From NCBI GenBank assembly GCA_043228905.1, contig JBHGNT010000002.1:21948001-22012000 (forward strand): a DNA stretch of 64,000 nt, given 5' to 3'. This DNA comes from Azolla caroliniana. Its lineage: Eukaryota; Plantae; Polypodiophyta. Both the position numbers and the translations under genes were made by a program. The notes beneath the pieces are model-generated. The model made no database searches. It saw only the letters and a list, made by a program, of their open reading frames with translations, and was not told the origin of the DNA. Below are positions 61,595 to 64,000 of the stretch, in pieces. How positions within the stretch are numbered: position 1 is the first letter of the stretch; each line of letters begins with the position of its first letter.

Positions 61595-64000
61595 GAAAGA
61601 AAGAAAGAAAGAAAGATATATTAACGTCTTCTAAGGCCAAATTTGGCCCATGAGACAAATAGGTTACAACAAAAAATGAGTGTTTATCCAATCATCAAAA
61701 CTAAAAATAAAAGAAAATAGCTTAAGCTAAGAAAGTTCTAGTACTGTACAAAACTTTGCACCAAGCCTAATCTCATTTCCACCCAAGTCTCTCAAAAAGA
61801 AGTGGGAGGTCAAAAGTTTTTGGTGTGGGTGTGACCCATGGTCCCGATGCATAGAGTGCCCTAGCCATGGCTTCTAGGCGGTGTAGTTCACGTTCCCTTA
61901 TTTTCTTTATTGCTTCTACATCTCGTCGAGTTGCTTTGAAACCCGACATCCGAGGGCGTTTGGTTCTTCTTTGATTTTCTGCTTCATCAAGGAGAAGTCC
62001 GAGTGGTGCAGGTGTGTCGACATTCATTGTCTCCCCCTGTTCCTGAAAAACTTCATTTGTTATATGTTGGTAAACATTAGCAACATTATTATCAACGTTT
62101 TGTAATTTGTTCTCTCTGTGGTGTTTCAATTCTAAGATGTATCTACCTAATTTCTTTATATCTAGTGTATTTAATAGTTTAGGGAGGGTGGGAGAGGAAC
62201 CAAGTATGTCTTGGTATTTTGCCCTTATCTCGGCATAGGTGGGGCATTTGCATGTAAAATGGTACTCATCCTCTATCTCTATGTGGCATAACCTACATAT
62301 CCTTTCCTCCCTAGGGACTCCATTAGTACGTCCATTCTCAATCTCAAGTTGGTGAGATGATATTCTAAGGTGACCAATGGCAACCCTTAGTGCATGTGGT
62401 AAGAATACATCTAGATATTTTGGGCGCGTGATAAAACCTAACTCAGAGAAGTGCATAAAGTGTTCCTTATAGTACGACATTTTAGATGGGAGTGGCTCTA
62501 GTGGGGTGATCCATTTATACCGGGTATAAATTTGCCATATTTCTTGGCGTATTACTTTATTACGGTCCTCATGAGAGAGTAAAGTGTTATCATTCGTGTG
62601 GTCGTACTTAAGGGGGGGGAGGTTAGTAATGTCTAGACCGTTGGCAAGAAGCCAACTCACCATCATGCCATACCATGAGCTAGTATAGCCGGACTCATAC
62701 AATGCTCGAGAAGCCTTAAAGGCTTGGTGGGATATTCTATCAAGTGGTTGGTTATGTATCCTGTGTATAAAGACTACCATTTGAAAAAGTGCTTCTACTA
62801 ACATAGGGGGTAGGGTGAACTCAACCCTAATAATGTCATGTGGGACCGACGATTTGCTTCGGAGTTGGCGTGATAACATCATCACCAATGGTCTCTCTAA
62901 TTGCGTCCACATGAAAGATGGTAGTCCTGGGGCCCAAACCGCTGATGCATACATGAGAGAGGGAGTCACTAATGAGTCAAAGAGCCACCCTTTAGTTCGT
63001 GGCTCTTGGAAGTATGCTTGGTGGCATTGTCTCTCGAGGAGTGAGAGGGATGCATGTCCTCTTGTAAGTCTATCCTTCGCTGCTTGTGTCATCGAAAATT
63101 TACCTGAGCGGGCACTGAAAGTGACTCCGAGATAGACATATGATCCAACCACCTCAACTGGGCTATGGGAGATAGTTAGGTGACACTTAGCTCTAACTTG
63201 GGCCGACGTGTGGAAGATAAGGACTTTAGTTTTCCCTAGATTCACTACCAATCCTCGTTGTGTGCAAAAATCATCTAAGGCATTAAGGTGCCTTTGTAGG
63301 TCGTGTTCGGATTCAGAGAGCAAAACTATGTCATCTGCATAGAGCAAGATACGCACCTGCGTATCTCCAAGGACTACTCCATTGCCTCCCTTACGAGCAA
63401 TAAAATCTGTGATCTCATCAATGTAGGTCCCAAAAAGAGTCGGAGATAAGGGGCAACCTTGTTTTACACCAATAGTGCTAGTGAAACTATCGGATATGCC
63501 GCCTGGGCATCGAACACACCCGGACACTTGTTCATATAGTGCGTAGATGGCCCAAACCATGTCATCTGGTATCCTCAAGCTCTTAAGCCTATCAAACAAC
63601 CGCTCTCTAGGGACCGTGTCAAAGGCTTTGCGAAAGTCCACAAAACAACAATATAGTTTCTTCTTGCGAGCCTTAGTCTGGTCAATTAAGCATCTAAGTG
63701 TGAAGATATGGTCAATAGTGGAGAAGGCTCGTCTAAAGCCAGCCTGTTCAGGTGCACGAAGATTTAAGGTCTCCATATACTCGCTAAGCTCTGCCTCCAT
63801 TACTGCACCATATAATTTAGCAAGGGTATGACCTATCATAATGGTCCTATAAGTATTTGGGTCCATGGGGTCCCCCCCCTTATGTATGGGGGCCACTGTG
63901 TTCATGGTCCATTGTGATGGAAAACCCTCTGCAAGGGCACGATTGAAGATTAGAGTTAGTAAGGGAGCTAGGCACTCTCTCGCGTATATGATGTGTTCTG
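61595..64000 (-). mobile_element. Young (TTTC)n-tailed RTE-X-like LINE; ORF2 uninterrupted from the window edge to 61773
   Basis: QAGFR, VDFRKAFD, QGCPLSP, YADD, ICRLC..EDEYHF..C. The frame is open from 63998 to 61773, with a 3' hairpin at 61626-61656 and a (TTTC)n tail. Confidence 0.93.

Overview
Repeat-rich land-plant nuclear DNA. The long TE-filled introns and the element types suggest a fern or similar large-genome seed-free plant, but this is inference only. There are two host genes. (1) A complete 15-exon plant TTLL12-like gene on the minus strand (CDS 25761 to 4176, 871 aa, all introns GT-AG with consistent phases). (2) An intronless, GC-rich polyol/monosaccharide transporter on the plus strand (55932-57563). 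The rest is nested mobile DNA: a full-length Copia element (414-bp LTRs, PBS, PPT, TTTAC TSD), a full-length L1-type LINE with a 17-bp TSD, a decayed full-length two-ORF RTE-X-like LINE, several copies of related (TTTC)n-tailed LINEs, four solo LTRs, older Copia/Gypsy/hAT remnants and tandem repeats. Main unexplained signals: (a) a covarying two-tier 3' hairpin shared by the RTE-X-like LINEs; (b) in the full-length copy, one arm of that hairpin is exactly complementary to the ORF1-stop/ORF2-start junction 3.4 kb away, a candidate RNA switch; (c) a ~96% identical inverted LINE pair brackets TTLL12 exons 2-11, predicting a stop-free in-frame circRNA; (d) extra C-terminal modules on LINE ORF1/ORF2 and on Copia Pol; (e) a solo LTR flanked by a 56-bp duplication. 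All coordinates and alignments were read by eye and no database searches were run.
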